In this document: positions 37,796 to 47,964 of the stretch, piece after piece | How positions within the stretch are numbered: position 1 is the first letter of the stretch | Layout of the letters: each line of letters begins with the position of its first letter | NCBI GenBank assembly: GCA_017464815.1 | Contig: JAFTYI010000005.1 | Coordinates: forward strand, 22,034-86,033 | DNA: 64,000 nt | Reading direction: 5' to 3' | DNA from: Bacteroidaceae bacterium | Lineage (GTDB): Bacteria > Bacteroidota > Bacteroidia > Bacteroidales > Bacteroidaceae | The notes under the pieces: generated by a model | Database searches by the model: none | The model's input: only the letters and a program-made list of their open reading frames with translations | Told to the model about the DNA's origin: nothing | Program-made: the position numbers and the translations under genes

Positions 37796-37926
37796 TTTTT
37801 AGGAGTGGAGGAGTGTTTCTTTTTAGGAGTAGAGGAGTGTAGACGAATGTCTTGCAAATGATGGTCGAAACTATTGTCTACACTCCTAAGCGAAGCGTCA
37901 CTCCTTCACTCCTACACTCCTAAAAA
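37796..37926. repeat. Palindromic element family B (AGGAGT...ACTCCT)
   Basis: Repeated AGGAGT arms pair with repeated ACTCCT arms; AGGAGTGTAGAC/GTCTACACTCCT stem; internal GCGAAGCG. Confidence 0.8.
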
Positions 37927-37944
37927 GATAAAAAAGACAGATAT

Positions 37945-40521
37945 ATGAAAAAGAATTTACTACTATGGTTATGCTACCTTCTTGCCCTGCCCATGTTGGC
38001 AGGAGGGAATGAGGGAAAGGGCAACGAAGTGAACATTCCTTTCAACAAAGGTACATTGCGCCTGCACATCATGGCCGGAAATGCCGTGCGTGTGCAATAC
38101 ACCGAAGGCGAAGGGCGCGAATTGCCCGAATGGATCTACCTGCCCGAAGCGGGAAAGGGCAACGTGCAATACAGACACCGCCAAACAAACGACGAGACCA
38201 TTGTCGAGACTTCTGACATGACAATCCGGGTAGATGGCGGGAAACAGACCTTGACGGTGAGCAATGCGAAGGGCGAAGAGGTGTTCAAGGCCAACTCACA
38301 CCAGTTGAAGGCAGGCACCGTGCAAGGCGAACCTACCTATAGCGCAGAAATTAAGATGACATCGCCCACCGACGAATACCTCTACGGCCTCGGACAATTT
38401 CAGGACGGATACGCCAACGTGCGCGGATTGACCCGACGCCTGACACAGGTGAACACGCAGATTGCCATCCCCTTCATCCTCTCAAGCCGAGGATATGGCC
38501 TGCTTTGGAACAACTATGGATTGACCGAGTTCAACCCCTCAGACACGTTCATCAGACTTGAGCAGGGCAATGAGGTGGGCGAAGCGGTGGCCGTAGACGT
38601 GACCTCCACCGAAGGAGGCCGACGCGAAGTGCGCCGTTCAAACGGATTCAAAGGGACACTGGACGTGCCCGCCAGCGGGAAATATGCCTTGTTGCTGAAC
38701 GTGGGACAGAGCATGGCCCGCCGACACCACTTGGTGATTGACGGGGCGACGGTGGTGGACGTGCGCAACCTGTGGCTGCCCCCTACGACCTCGGTCATTG
38801 TGGATTTGGAAGCAGGGAAGCATGAGATTGTGGCGGAATTGGAGCGCAACGACCGTCCGACCCTCTACTACCGCCCCGTAGACAACAGCACCACCCTGCG
38901 TTCACCCGTGGCATCGTGTGTGGATTACACTCTTTTCATCGGTTCTGCCGACGAAGCCATTGCCTCCTACCGCGACCTGACGGGCGAAGTGCCGATGCTC
39001 CCCCAATGGGCACTTGGATACGTCCATTGCCGCGAGCGTTACAAATCGCAAAAGGAATTGCTGGAGAACGCCGCCACCTTCCGCCAACGGAATCTGCCCA
39101 TCGACCTGATAGTGCAAGACTGGCAATATTGGGGAAAATACGGATGGAATGCCATGCGCTTCGATGAAGCACACTATCCCGACCCGGCTGCCATGATGGA
39201 CTCGTTGCACCGCATGAACATGCGCCTGATGCTGTCAGTGTGGTCAAAGGTTGACCCCAATTCGGAAGTGGGACGTCAGATGACAGAGAAGGGATACTAC
39301 ATTCCCCAGACGTCGTGGATCGACTTCTTCAACCCCGACGCGGCCGCCTTCTATTGGAAGAACTTCAGCGAACGCTTGCTCAAGCCCTACGGCATAGATG
39401 CCTGGTGGCAAGATGCGACCGAACCCGAAAACGATGACTTGGCAGGCCGACGGGTGAACAATCAGACCATCCCCGGCGAGGTGTATCGCAACGTCTACCC
39501 CCTGTTGGTGAGCAAGACGGTATACGAGGGATGTCGCACGGACGACCCTGCACGACGCCACATGATATTCACCCGCAGTGCCTTTCCGGGCATACAACGC
39601 TATGGCTCGGTCTTCTGGTCGGGCGACGTGGGCAACGACTGGGAGACCTTGCGCCGGCAAATTGTCTCAGGACTCGGACTTGTCAGCACGGGACTCCCTT
39701 GGTGGACCTACGATGCAGGCGGTTTCTTCCGTCCGGGCAACCAGCATACCAATGCCGACTACATCGAATGTATGCTCCGCTGGATACAGGCCGGCACCTT
39801 CCTGCCCCTGATGCGTGTGCATGGCTACATGAGCGACACCGAACCCTGGCGCTATGGCGAGGAGGCCGAACAAATCATCGCCAAATACTTGGAATTGCGC
39901 TATCGCCTGCTTCCTTATATCTATAGCGAAGCGGCCCGCGTCTCATCCGAGGGCTCCACACTGATGCGTCCCTTGGTGTTCGACTTTGCGGACGACGAAG
40001 AGGCATTGAAGCAGGATGTGGAGTACATGTTCGGTCCCTCGTTGCTTGTCAACCCCGTGGTGAAACCTAAGGTTACCAGCTACAAGATCTATCTGCCCGA
40101 AAACACAGGCGGGTGGTATGACTACTGGACAGGCAAGCAATACAATGGGAAACAATCTGTGGAAACAGCCATCGGCATAGACAAGATTCCCCTCTTCATC
40201 AAGGCCGGCTCCATCATCCCCTTCGGACCCGCCAAGCAATATGCAACCGAGGCCAGCGACGAACAGACCACCCTGCATATCTATCCGGGAGCCGACGCCA
40301 CCTTCTGCCTCTACGAGGACGAAGGCACCAACCACAACTACGAATCGGGGGCCTACAGCCGCATTCCATTGGCATGGGACGAGGCCAGACAGACACTGAC
40401 CATCGGCAAGCGCCAAGGCTCGTTCGAAGGAATGCCCAAGAAACGCACCTTCACCCTCGTCAAAGGCCAACAGAAGAAAGAGGTTGTCTACACAGGGAAA
40501 AAGATAAAGGTGAAGTGGTGA
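37945..40521 (+). CDS. GH31 glycoside hydrolase (alpha-xylosidase-like)
   Basis: YGLGQFQ, VQDWQYW, AWWQDATEP nucleophile, WSGDV, WTYDAGGF, YEDEG; signal peptide. Confidence 0.88.
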   Translation: MKKNLLLWLCYLLALPMLAGGNEGKGNEVNIPFNKGTLRLHIMAGNAVRVQYTEGEGRELPEWIYLPEAGKGNVQYRHRQTNDETIVETSDMTIRVDGGKQTLTVSNAKGEEVFKANSHQLKAGTVQGEPTYSAEIKMTSPTDEYLYGLGQFQDGYANVRGLTRRLTQVNTQIAIPFILSSRGYGLLWNNYGLTEFNPSDTFIRLEQGNEVGEAVAVDVTSTEGGRREVRRSNGFKGTLDVPASGKYALLLNVGQSMARRHHLVIDGATVVDVRNLWLPPTTSVIVDLEAGKHEIVAELERNDRPTLYYRPVDNSTTLRSPVASCVDYTLFIGSADEAIASYRDLTGEVPMLPQWALGYVHCRERYKSQKELLENAATFRQRNLPIDLIVQDWQYWGKYGWNAMRFDEAHYPDPAAMMDSLHRMNMRLMLSVWSKVDPNSEVGRQMTEKGYYIPQTSWIDFFNPDAAAFYWKNFSERLLKPYGIDAWWQDATEPENDDLAGRRVNNQTIPGEVYRNVYPLLVSKTVYEGCRTDDPARRHMIFTRSAFPGIQRYGSVFWSGDVGNDWETLRRQIVSGLGLVSTGLPWWTYDAGGFFRPGNQHTNADYIECMLRWIQAGTFLPLMRVHGYMSDTEPWRYGEEAEQIIAKYLELRYRLLPYIYSEAARVSSEGSTLMRPLVFDFADDEEALKQDVEYMFGPSLLVNPVVKPKVTSYKIYLPENTGGWYDYWTGKQYNGKQSVETAIGIDKIPLFIKAGSIIPFGPAKQYATEASDEQTTLHIYPGADATFCLYEDEGTNHNYESGAYSRIPLAWDEARQTLTIGKRQGSFEGMPKKRTFTLVKGQQKKEVVYTGKKIKVKW

Positions 40522-40630
40522 AAAAAGAGGAATAAAATGCACGACCAGTCTTCTGGCAACTGTTTTTTTGCGTATATTTGCAGTCGCAATAAAAAGAAGC
40601 ATAAAAACAACTCTTAAAAAGAATTCACCT

Positions 40631-41440
40631 ATGAAAAAGAGACTGACAACCCTGATTCTGTGTCTGGCCACGCTTGCACCTGCCATGAGCCAGCTGACAA
40701 TGACTCATCCCTGGCAAGGAAAGAAGGTGGCCTACTTCGGCGACTCAATCACTGACCCACGCAACAAGGCATCGAAGACCAAGTATTGGGGATTCCTGCA
40801 AGAGTGGTTGCAGATTACCCCCTATGTCTACGGCGTAAGCGGACGGCAATGGAACGACATTCCTCGCCAGACGGCCAAGTTGAAGGAGGAGCATGGCAAT
40901 GATTTCGACGCCATCCTCATCTTCATGGGCACCAACGACTACAACAATGCCGTGCCCATCGGAGAATGGTTTGAGGAACGGATGGAGAAGGTTGAATACG
41001 GCCATCAGTACGTCAAGCGCATGGAGGACCGCCTGCGACGCACACCCGTCATGGACAAGGATACCTATCGCGGACGCATCAACATTGCCCTCGATTCGCT
41101 GAAGCGAACCTTCCCCGACAAGCAGATAGTCCTGCTCACCCCCATCCATCGCGCCGGATTTTATGCCAACGACAAGAACTGGCAGTGCTCCGAGGACTAT
41201 GTAAACCGTTGCGGTGAATACCTCGATGCCTACGTGGAGAGCATCAAGGAGGCCGGCAACATCTGGGCCATGCCCGTCGTCGACCTGGGTGCCCTCAGCG
41301 GCCTCTATCCCCTGCACGACTCCCACAAGCAATACTTCAAGGATGCTGCCACCGACTGCCTCCACCCCAACGACTTGGGACACGAGCGCATGGCCCGCAC
41401 CCTAATGTACCAGTTGTTGGCACTTCCTTGTACATTCTGA
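40631..41440 (+). CDS. SGNH/GDSL hydrolase (carbohydrate acetylesterase-like)
   Basis: FGDSIT, MGTND, DCLHPN; signal peptide from ATG 40631; -7 box 40573-40580. Confidence 0.88.
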   Translation: MKKRLTTLILCLATLAPAMSQLTMTHPWQGKKVAYFGDSITDPRNKASKTKYWGFLQEWLQITPYVYGVSGRQWNDIPRQTAKLKEEHGNDFDAILIFMGTNDYNNAVPIGEWFEERMEKVEYGHQYVKRMEDRLRRTPVMDKDTYRGRINIALDSLKRTFPDKQIVLLTPIHRAGFYANDKNWQCSEDYVNRCGEYLDAYVESIKEAGNIWAMPVVDLGALSGLYPLHDSHKQYFKDAATDCLHPNDLGHERMARTLMYQLLALPCTF

Positions 41441-41443
41441 TTC

Positions 41444-41583
41444 TTAGGCACGGATTACACGGATTTATATTTCAATTTTATACCCGAACGGTTATAATTC
41501 ATCCGTGTAATCCGCGGAGTTCCCTTGAGCAAAGCGAAAAATCCGCGCCTTAAAAAAGGAATGATGCATTTTGACACACCCTC
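41444..41583. repeat. Palindromic element family A followed by a solo TTTTGACACACCCTC arm
   Basis: TTAGGCACGGATTACACGGAT...ATCCGTGTAATCCGCG[insert]AATCCGCGCCT. Confidence 0.85.
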
Positions 41584-41601
41584 AGTGCAAAGTTCAATCC
41601 C

Positions 41602-42696
41602 ATGAGCAATCGGAAAATCATTCACATCGACATGGATGCCTTTTATGCTTCGGTGGAGCAACGCGACAACCCTGACCTGCGTGGACACCCCGTAGCGGTG
41701 GGGCATGCAGGCGAGCGTGGTGTCGTGTCGGCCGCCAGCTACGAAGCACGCAAGTATGGGGTGCACTCAGCCATGTCGTCCCAAAAGGCAATGCGCCTGT
41801 GTCCCGAACTCATCTTTGTCCCCGGACGTATGGAGGTCTACAAAGAGGTGTCGGGAGAAATCCACGACATCTTTCGCGAATACACCGATATCATCGAACC
41901 CCTCTCGCTCGATGAAGCCTTTTTGGATGTGACGGAGAACAAGAAGGGGATTCCGTTGGCTGTGGATATAGCCCGCGAAATCAAACAGAAGATACGCTCA
42001 AAGCTGGGGCTGGTGGCCTCGGCCGGCGTGTCGTACAACAAGTTTCTGGCCAAAGTAGCCTCCGACTACCGCAAGCCCGACGGTTTGTGCACCATCCATC
42101 CCGACCAGGCATTGGAGTTCATTGCCCGCTTGCCCATCGAACGTTTCTGGGGAGTAGGTCCTGTCACCGCCAAACGGATGCATGCCTTGGGCATTCATGA
42201 CGGAGCACATCTGCGTGCCTGGTCGTTGGATGGGCTGACACGCGAATTTGGCAAAGCCGGAGCGCTCTACCACAACTTCTCCCGCGGCATTGACCTGCGC
42301 CCCGTCGAGGCTGTGCGTGTGCGCAAGTCCATCGGTTGCGAACGGACACTGGAGCACGACATCAATGCCCGTTCGGCCGTCATCATCGAGCTTTACCATA
42401 CGGCCGTGGAGCTCGTCAACCGCCTTTCGGCCAAGGAGTTCAAGGGGAACACTCTCACACTGAAGGTGAAGTTCCACGACTTCACACAAATCACCCGCAG
42501 CATCACCCAATCCCATGAATTGACGACGTTAGACATCATCCTCCCCCTGGCCAAACAGCTCCTCGCCGAGGTGGAGTACGAAGAGCATCCCATCCGCCTC
42601 ATCGGCCTCTCCGTCTCCAATCCCCGCGACAAAGAGGAGGAGAATGCCAAGTCAGTCATATGGGAACAGCTTTCACTGAAGTTCGAGGAGTGGTGA
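41602..42696 (+). CDS. dinB: DNA polymerase IV
   Basis: [46 protein letters not shown]. Confidence 0.96.
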   Translation: MSNRKIIHIDMDAFYASVEQRDNPDLRGHPVAVGHAGERGVVSAASYEARKYGVHSAMSSQKAMRLCPELIFVPGRMEVYKEVSGEIHDIFREYTDIIEPLSLDEAFLDVTENKKGIPLAVDIAREIKQKIRSKLGLVASAGVSYNKFLAKVASDYRKPDGLCTIHPDQALEFIARLPIERFWGVGPVTAKRMHALGIHDGAHLRAWSLDGLTREFGKAGALYHNFSRGIDLRPVEAVRVRKSIGCERTLEHDINARSAVIIELYHTAVELVNRLSAKEFKGNTLTLKVKFHDFTQITRSITQSHELTTLDIILPLAKQLLAEVEYEEHPIRLIGLSVSNPRDKEEENAKSVIWEQLSLKFEEW

Positions 42697-42753
42697 AAAA
42701 GATGGGAGAGAGCCTGTCACAGAGGCCTCGAATCCATCATTATCCCTTCCCAC

Positions 42754-42818
42754 ATCGATTTTTTCCTATGATTGGAAGGTGAGAGACTATGCAGAAGAAG
42801 GAAAAAGCCGTATCTTTG
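42754..42818 (+). promoter_or_regulatory. Partial shared operator plus -7 box, upstream of GH95
   Basis: aTCGattttt.TCCTATGAtt with TCC at 42764; TATCTTTG 42811-42818; same 47-bp spacing as the other sites. Confidence 0.6.
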
Positions 42819-42847
42819 CGGCGACTAATATAACAATACTGATAATC

Positions 42848-45319
42848 ATGAAAAGAATCTTTCTTGCAATCTTTGCACTGATGGGCTTGCTCACGATGCA
42901 AGCCGAAGAGAACCCTTTGCGGATGTGGTACGACCGTCCGGCAAACCGTTTTGAAGAGGCACTGCCGTTGGGCAACGGGCGGTTGGGTGTGATGGTATAC
43001 GGCGGCATCCACGACGAGGTGCTGAACCTGAATGAAGAGACCATGTGGGGAGGAGGCCCGACGGACACCAACCCGACACCTGATGCACCGGACTTCCTGC
43101 CTCGCGTACGCGAATTGCTCTTTCAGGAGAAATGGAGCGATGCACAGAAGTTGCTGCGCAACATCCAAGGGCCGAACAGCCAATCGTTCGTCCCGATGGG
43201 CGACTTGCACATCCGGCAGACTTTCAAGGGCGAGGCCAAGGACTATGTGCGCGACCTCGACCTGCAGACGGCCGTGGCCAGTGTGCGTTTCCGTGTGGAC
43301 ACGGTGGAGTACAAGCGCGAAATCTTCGTGTCGGCTCCGGCACAGGTCATCGTCATGAAGCTCTCGGCCTCGGCTCCGAAGATGTTGAACTATAGCATCG
43401 GTGGCACGGCGGCCTTCGAGAACTGCATGGTGCGTAGCATTGGCCCCGATGAGTTTGTGGTAAGCGGACAACTGCCCCGCCGCGTGGATAGCGACCGCGG
43501 ATGGAAGTTGGAGTGGAAGAACGAGGAGGGAGCCGGTGGCATGCGTTACCAGTATCGCGTGAAAGCCGTGGTGACCGACGGCACCGTGACGACCAACCCC
43601 GGTCTGCAAATCAGCAAAGCCACCGAGGCGGTGCTCTACATCTCAGCCGCCACCAGCTACAACGGCTTCGACAAGTGTCCCGACCGCGAGGGACGGAATG
43701 AGGACTTGCTTGCTACCAACTACCTCGCTGATGCCTTGCTGAAGGATTACGAGACACTGAAGAGCGAACATATTGCGGATTACAGAAACTATTTCGACCG
43801 CGTGAAGCTGGAGTTAAAGGAGACCCTCCTGAATCCTCCCAGTGAGGGAGGACTTGGGGGAAGACAGACTATCCAATCTCCCTCTCTCACAGGGGACGGG
43901 GCGGTTCTTCCCACCGACAAGCGCCTCGATGCCTACAAGAAGGGAGCCAAGGACCTGGGGTTGGAGACGCTCTACTTCCAGTTCGGCCGCTACCTGCTCA
44001 TCTCGGCTTCGCGCCCCGGCGGCATTGCCATGAATCTGCAGGGCATCTGGAACAACCGCCAACGTCCCTCGTGGGGAAGCAACTATACGGTGAACATCAA
44101 CCTGCAGATGAACTACTGGCCGGCCGAGCCATTGGGACTGAGCGAACTGACTGAGCCCCTGACGCACCAGATACAGAACATGGCGGTGACGGGCCGCGAC
44201 ATAGCCCGCAACTTCTACCGCATGGACGGATGGGCGGCCCACCACAACTCCGACATCTGGGCACACGTGAATCCCGTCGGATGGCGGCGCGGCGACCCCA
44301 AGTGGGCCAATTGGGCACTCGGTTCGCCCTGGCTCAGCCAACACCTCTACGAACACTACCGCTTCACCATGGACAAGAAGTATCTGACCGACATCGCATA
44401 CCCCCTGATGAAGGGTGCTGCCGACTTCTGTGAAGACTGGCTGGTGGAGAAGGACGGCTACTACATCACCGCCCCCTCGACCTCACCCGAGAATGTCTTC
44501 ATCGACGAGCATGGCAAGAAGGGGGTAGTCACCATCGGTTCGGCCATGGACCTGGAAATCATCTGGGACCTGCTGAACAACCTCATTGAAGTGGCTCCCA
44601 TCGTGGGCGAAAGCGAAGAGCAGATTGCCCGTTGGACTGACATACGCGACCGCCTCCACCCCCTGCGCATCGGCAAGAAGGGGAACCTCATCGAGTGGTA
44701 CAAAGACTGGGAGGACGAAGACCCGCAGCACCGCCACGTCTCGCACCTCTTTGCCCTGCATCCGGGACGCCAAATCAACCCGTTGACACAGCCCGACATG
44801 GCGGCCGCCTGCCGCAAGACGCTGGACACCCGTGGCGACGGAGGCACGGGATGGAGCAAGGCATGGAAGATCAACTTCTGGGCACGCATGCTCGACGGCG
44901 ACCGTGCCCACAAGCTCTATCGCGAACTGCTGACCCACTCGACCCTGCCCAACCTCTTCGACACGCATCCGCCCTTCCAGATTGACGGAAACTTCGGCAG
45001 CATTGCCGGATTGGGTGAGATGCTGTTGCAGAGCCAGTTCGGCGAGCTCCACCTGCTGCCCGCCCTGCCTGCCGAGTGGAACAATGGAAGCATCAGCGGC
45101 CTCTGTGCCCGCGGCGCCTTCACGGTGGACATGGCGTGGGACGGGGGCCAGCTGCAAAGCGCCACCATCCTGTCCCAAGCCGGCGAACCTTGCACCTTGC
45201 GCACACGCGTACCTGTAAAGATAAAGGGCGCACGTGCCAAGACCATCCAAGAGGGCGATTACTACCTGACCACCTTCCGCACCAAGAAGGGTGAAACGTA
45301 TGAAGTGAGGAGGAAATAG
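42848..45319 (+). CDS. GH95 alpha-L-fucosidase/alpha-L-galactosidase
   Basis: [54 protein letters not shown]; start corrected to ATG 42848. Confidence 0.93.
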   Translation: MKRIFLAIFALMGLLTMQAEENPLRMWYDRPANRFEEALPLGNGRLGVMVYGGIHDEVLNLNEETMWGGGPTDTNPTPDAPDFLPRVRELLFQEKWSDAQKLLRNIQGPNSQSFVPMGDLHIRQTFKGEAKDYVRDLDLQTAVASVRFRVDTVEYKREIFVSAPAQVIVMKLSASAPKMLNYSIGGTAAFENCMVRSIGPDEFVVSGQLPRRVDSDRGWKLEWKNEEGAGGMRYQYRVKAVVTDGTVTTNPGLQISKATEAVLYISAATSYNGFDKCPDREGRNEDLLATNYLADALLKDYETLKSEHIADYRNYFDRVKLELKETLLNPPSEGGLGGRQTIQSPSLTGDGAVLPTDKRLDAYKKGAKDLGLETLYFQFGRYLLISASRPGGIAMNLQGIWNNRQRPSWGSNYTVNINLQMNYWPAEPLGLSELTEPLTHQIQNMAVTGRDIARNFYRMDGWAAHHNSDIWAHVNPVGWRRGDPKWANWALGSPWLSQHLYEHYRFTMDKKYLTDIAYPLMKGAADFCEDWLVEKDGYYITAPSTSPENVFIDEHGKKGVVTIGSAMDLEIIWDLLNNLIEVAPIVGESEEQIARWTDIRDRLHPLRIGKKGNLIEWYKDWEDEDPQHRHVSHLFALHPGRQINPLTQPDMAAACRKTLDTRGDGGTGWSKAWKINFWARMLDGDRAHKLYRELLTHSTLPNLFDTHPPFQIDGNFGSIAGLGEMLLQSQFGELHLLPALPAEWNNGSISGLCARGAFTVDMAWDGGQLQSATILSQAGEPCTLRTRVPVKIKGARAKTIQEGDYYLTTFRTKKGETYEVRRK
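43821..43908. repeat. Family C palindromic element inside the GH95 reading frame
   Basis: AGACCCTCCTGAATCCTCCCAGTGAGGGAGGAC...CTCCCTCTCTCACAGGGGACGGGGCGGTTCT resembles the intergenic copies at 54962, 58756, 63875. Confidence 0.7.
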
Positions 45320-45320
45320 A

Positions 45321-45496
45321 CACCCCGCTGAGTCCCCTCAGAAGACCCACCTGTGTCTTGGTCAGAGACCCACCTGTGTCTCGGCCGGAGACCCACCTGT
45401 GTCTCGAGGCAAGACCCACCTGTGTCTCCAAGAGTGACCCACCTGTGTCTCCAAGAGTGACCCGCCTGTGTCTTCAAGAAGGGCCTCCGCATGTCT
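45321..45496. repeat. 23-bp-period array: 15-bp core GACCCACCTGTGTCT plus 8-bp variable spacers
   Basis: Cores at 45344, 45367, 45390, 45413, 45436, 45459; degenerate units at 45321 and 45482. Confidence 0.92.
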
Positions 45497-45616
45497 AAAA
45501 AAGCCTCTCAAATTCTAAAATTAGCTTAAAAAAAGAGATTCTTACCTTATTATATAGGTGGGAATCTTCTTTTTTTCTACTTTTGCGGCCGAATTAAAAA
45601 GAAAGCATCAAGAATC

Positions 45617-47959
45617 ATGCAAAAGAATCTGGTAATTGTTGAGTCTCCGGCCAAGGCGAAGACCATCGAAAAGTTCTTGGGAAAGGACTACAAAGTATTG
45701 TCGAGCTTCGGACACATCCGCGACTTGAAGAAGAAAGAGTTCAGTATCGACACCGATACGTTCGAGCCTCTTTATGAAATACCCGCAGACAAGAAGAAAC
45801 TGGTGAGCGAGCTGAAGGCCGAAGCCAAGAAGGCCGAAATGGTGTGGCTGGCATCCGATGAGGACCGCGAGGGAGAAGCCATCTCGTGGCACCTGTTCGA
45901 GGTATTGGGCTTGAAGCCCGAGACGACGCGCCGCATCGTCTTCCACGAAATCACTAAGAATGCCATACTGCAAGCCATAGAGAACCCCCGCGCCATTGAC
46001 GTGAACCTGGTCAATGCCCAACAGGCACGCCGCGTGCTCGACCGCATCGTCGGTTTCAAACTGTCGCCCGTGCTCTGGCGCAAGGTGAAACCCGCGCTGT
46101 CAGCCGGCCGTGTGCAATCGGTAGCCGTGCGCCTGATTGTGGAGCGCGAACGCGAAATCCAGCAGTTCCAGAGCGAGGCCTCATACCGCGTGACAGCCGT
46201 GTTCCAGGTGACCGACGGTGAAGGCAAACCTTCAGAGCTGAAGGCAGAGTTGGACAACCGGTTCAAGACACGCGACGAGGCCGAGGCATTCCTCAAACGT
46301 GCCAACGGTGCCTCCTTCGCCATCGACGACATCGTGACGAAGCCCATGAAGAAGAGCCCCGCCCCCCCGTTCACCACCAGCACCCTGCAACAAGAGGCCG
46401 CCCGCAAGTTAGGGTTCACCGTGTCACAAACCATGATGGTGGCCCAGCGCCTGTATGAAAGCGGACACATCACCTACATGCGTACCGACTCGGTCAACCT
46501 CTCATCGCTGGCCATCAACACCAGCCGCGTGGCCATTCAGGAGCAGATGGGCGAGGAGTATGTGAAGACCCGCCAGTTTGCCACCAAGAGCAAGGGTGCA
46601 CAGGAGGCTCACGAGGCCATCCGACCCACCTACATGGACAAGCAGACCATCGAGGGCACTCCGCAGGAACGCCGCCTGTACGCCCTCATCTGGAAACGCA
46701 CCATCGCTTCGCAGATGGCCGATGCAGAGCTGGAAAAGACAACCGTCAGCATCTCGATGAAGGGCCATCCCGAACAGTTCCTTGCCACGGGTGAGGTGGT
46801 GAAGTTCGACGGATTCCTGCGCGTCTACCGCGAATCGAACGACGATGAGCAGGAGCAAGAGGGCGAAAGCCTGCTTCCTCCGTTGCAGAAGGGAGAGTAT
46901 ATCGACCTCAGTGTGATGACAGCCACAGAACGCTACACACAATCCCCCCTGCGCTACACCGAAGCAAGCCTGGTGCGCAAGCTGGAGGAACTGGGCATCG
47001 GACGCCCGTCAACCTACGCTCCCACCATCTCGACCATCCAACAACGCGAGTACGTGGAGAAGGGAGACAAGCCGGGCACCGTCCGCCCCATCCATGCCAT
47101 CATACTGAAGGACGGACAGCTCTCAGAAGAGACCCATAAGGAGACTTTCGGCAACGAGAAGTCCAAACTGATACCGACCGACACAGGCACGGTGGTGAAC
47201 GACTTCCTGCTGCAATACTTCCCCCAAGTGATGGACTACAACTTCACGGCCAGTGCCGAGAAACGCTTCGACGAAGTGGCCGAGGGCGACAAGGAGTGGA
47301 CAGGCATGATTAAGGAATTCTACAACGGATTCATCCCGAAGGTGGACGAAGCCATGTCGACCAAGTCGGAGCATAAGGTGGGCGAGCGCATACTGGGAAC
47401 CGACCCCACAACGGGCAAACCCGTGTCGGTAAAAATCGGACGCTTCGGCCCCGTGGTGCAGATAGGCTCGGCCGATGACAGCGAGAAGCCGCGCTTTGCT
47501 CCCATGAAGAAGAGCCAATCGATAGAAAGCATCACACTGGAAGAGGCACTCGAACTGTTCCGCCTGCCACGCATCGTCGGCGAATACGAGGGCGACAACA
47601 TCACCATCGGCGCCGGCCGTTTCGGCCCCTACGTGCAACACGACGGGAAGTACATCTCCATCCCCAAGGGTGCCGACCCCATGACCATCACGCTGGAGGA
47701 GGCCATCGAGCTGATTCAGGAAAAGCGTCAGGCCGAGGCCAACCGCCACATCAAGACATTGGGCGAAGGGGAAGAGATGATTCAGATTCTGAACGGACGC
47801 TACGGCCCCTACATCGCCTACAAGGGAAAGAACTACAAGATTCCCAAAGAGACTGAACCCACTACGTTGCAAGCCATCCACTGCCTGGCCATCATCGAAG
47901 AACAGGAGAAGGAAGGACCGAAGAAACCGGCCCGCAAGGCTTCAACCAGAAAGAAATAA
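45617..47959 (+). CDS. topA: DNA topoisomerase I
   Basis: LVIVESPAKAKTI, ASDEDREGEAI, SAGRVQS, ITYMRTDS, AHEAIRPT, GIGRPSTY; Topo C-terminal GRFGP repeats. Confidence 0.97.
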   Translation: MQKNLVIVESPAKAKTIEKFLGKDYKVLSSFGHIRDLKKKEFSIDTDTFEPLYEIPADKKKLVSELKAEAKKAEMVWLASDEDREGEAISWHLFEVLGLKPETTRRIVFHEITKNAILQAIENPRAIDVNLVNAQQARRVLDRIVGFKLSPVLWRKVKPALSAGRVQSVAVRLIVEREREIQQFQSEASYRVTAVFQVTDGEGKPSELKAELDNRFKTRDEAEAFLKRANGASFAIDDIVTKPMKKSPAPPFTTSTLQQEAARKLGFTVSQTMMVAQRLYESGHITYMRTDSVNLSSLAINTSRVAIQEQMGEEYVKTRQFATKSKGAQEAHEAIRPTYMDKQTIEGTPQERRLYALIWKRTIASQMADAELEKTTVSISMKGHPEQFLATGEVVKFDGFLRVYRESNDDEQEQEGESLLPPLQKGEYIDLSVMTATERYTQSPLRYTEASLVRKLEELGIGRPSTYAPTISTIQQREYVEKGDKPGTVRPIHAIILKDGQLSEETHKETFGNEKSKLIPTDTGTVVNDFLLQYFPQVMDYNFTASAEKRFDEVAEGDKEWTGMIKEFYNGFIPKVDEAMSTKSEHKVGERILGTDPTTGKPVSVKIGRFGPVVQIGSADDSEKPRFAPMKKSQSIESITLEEALELFRLPRIVGEYEGDNITIGAGRFGPYVQHDGKYISIPKGADPMTITLEEAIELIQEKRQAEANRHIKTLGEGEEMIQILNGRYGPYIAYKGKNYKIPKETEPTTLQAIHCLAIIEEQEKEGPKKPARKASTRKK

Positions 47960-47964
47960 GCCGA

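Noticed and set aside
45321-45496. CRISPR array
   Set aside because: A 15-bp repeat with 8-bp spacers is far below CRISPR sizes, two spacers are identical, and there are no cas genes in the window
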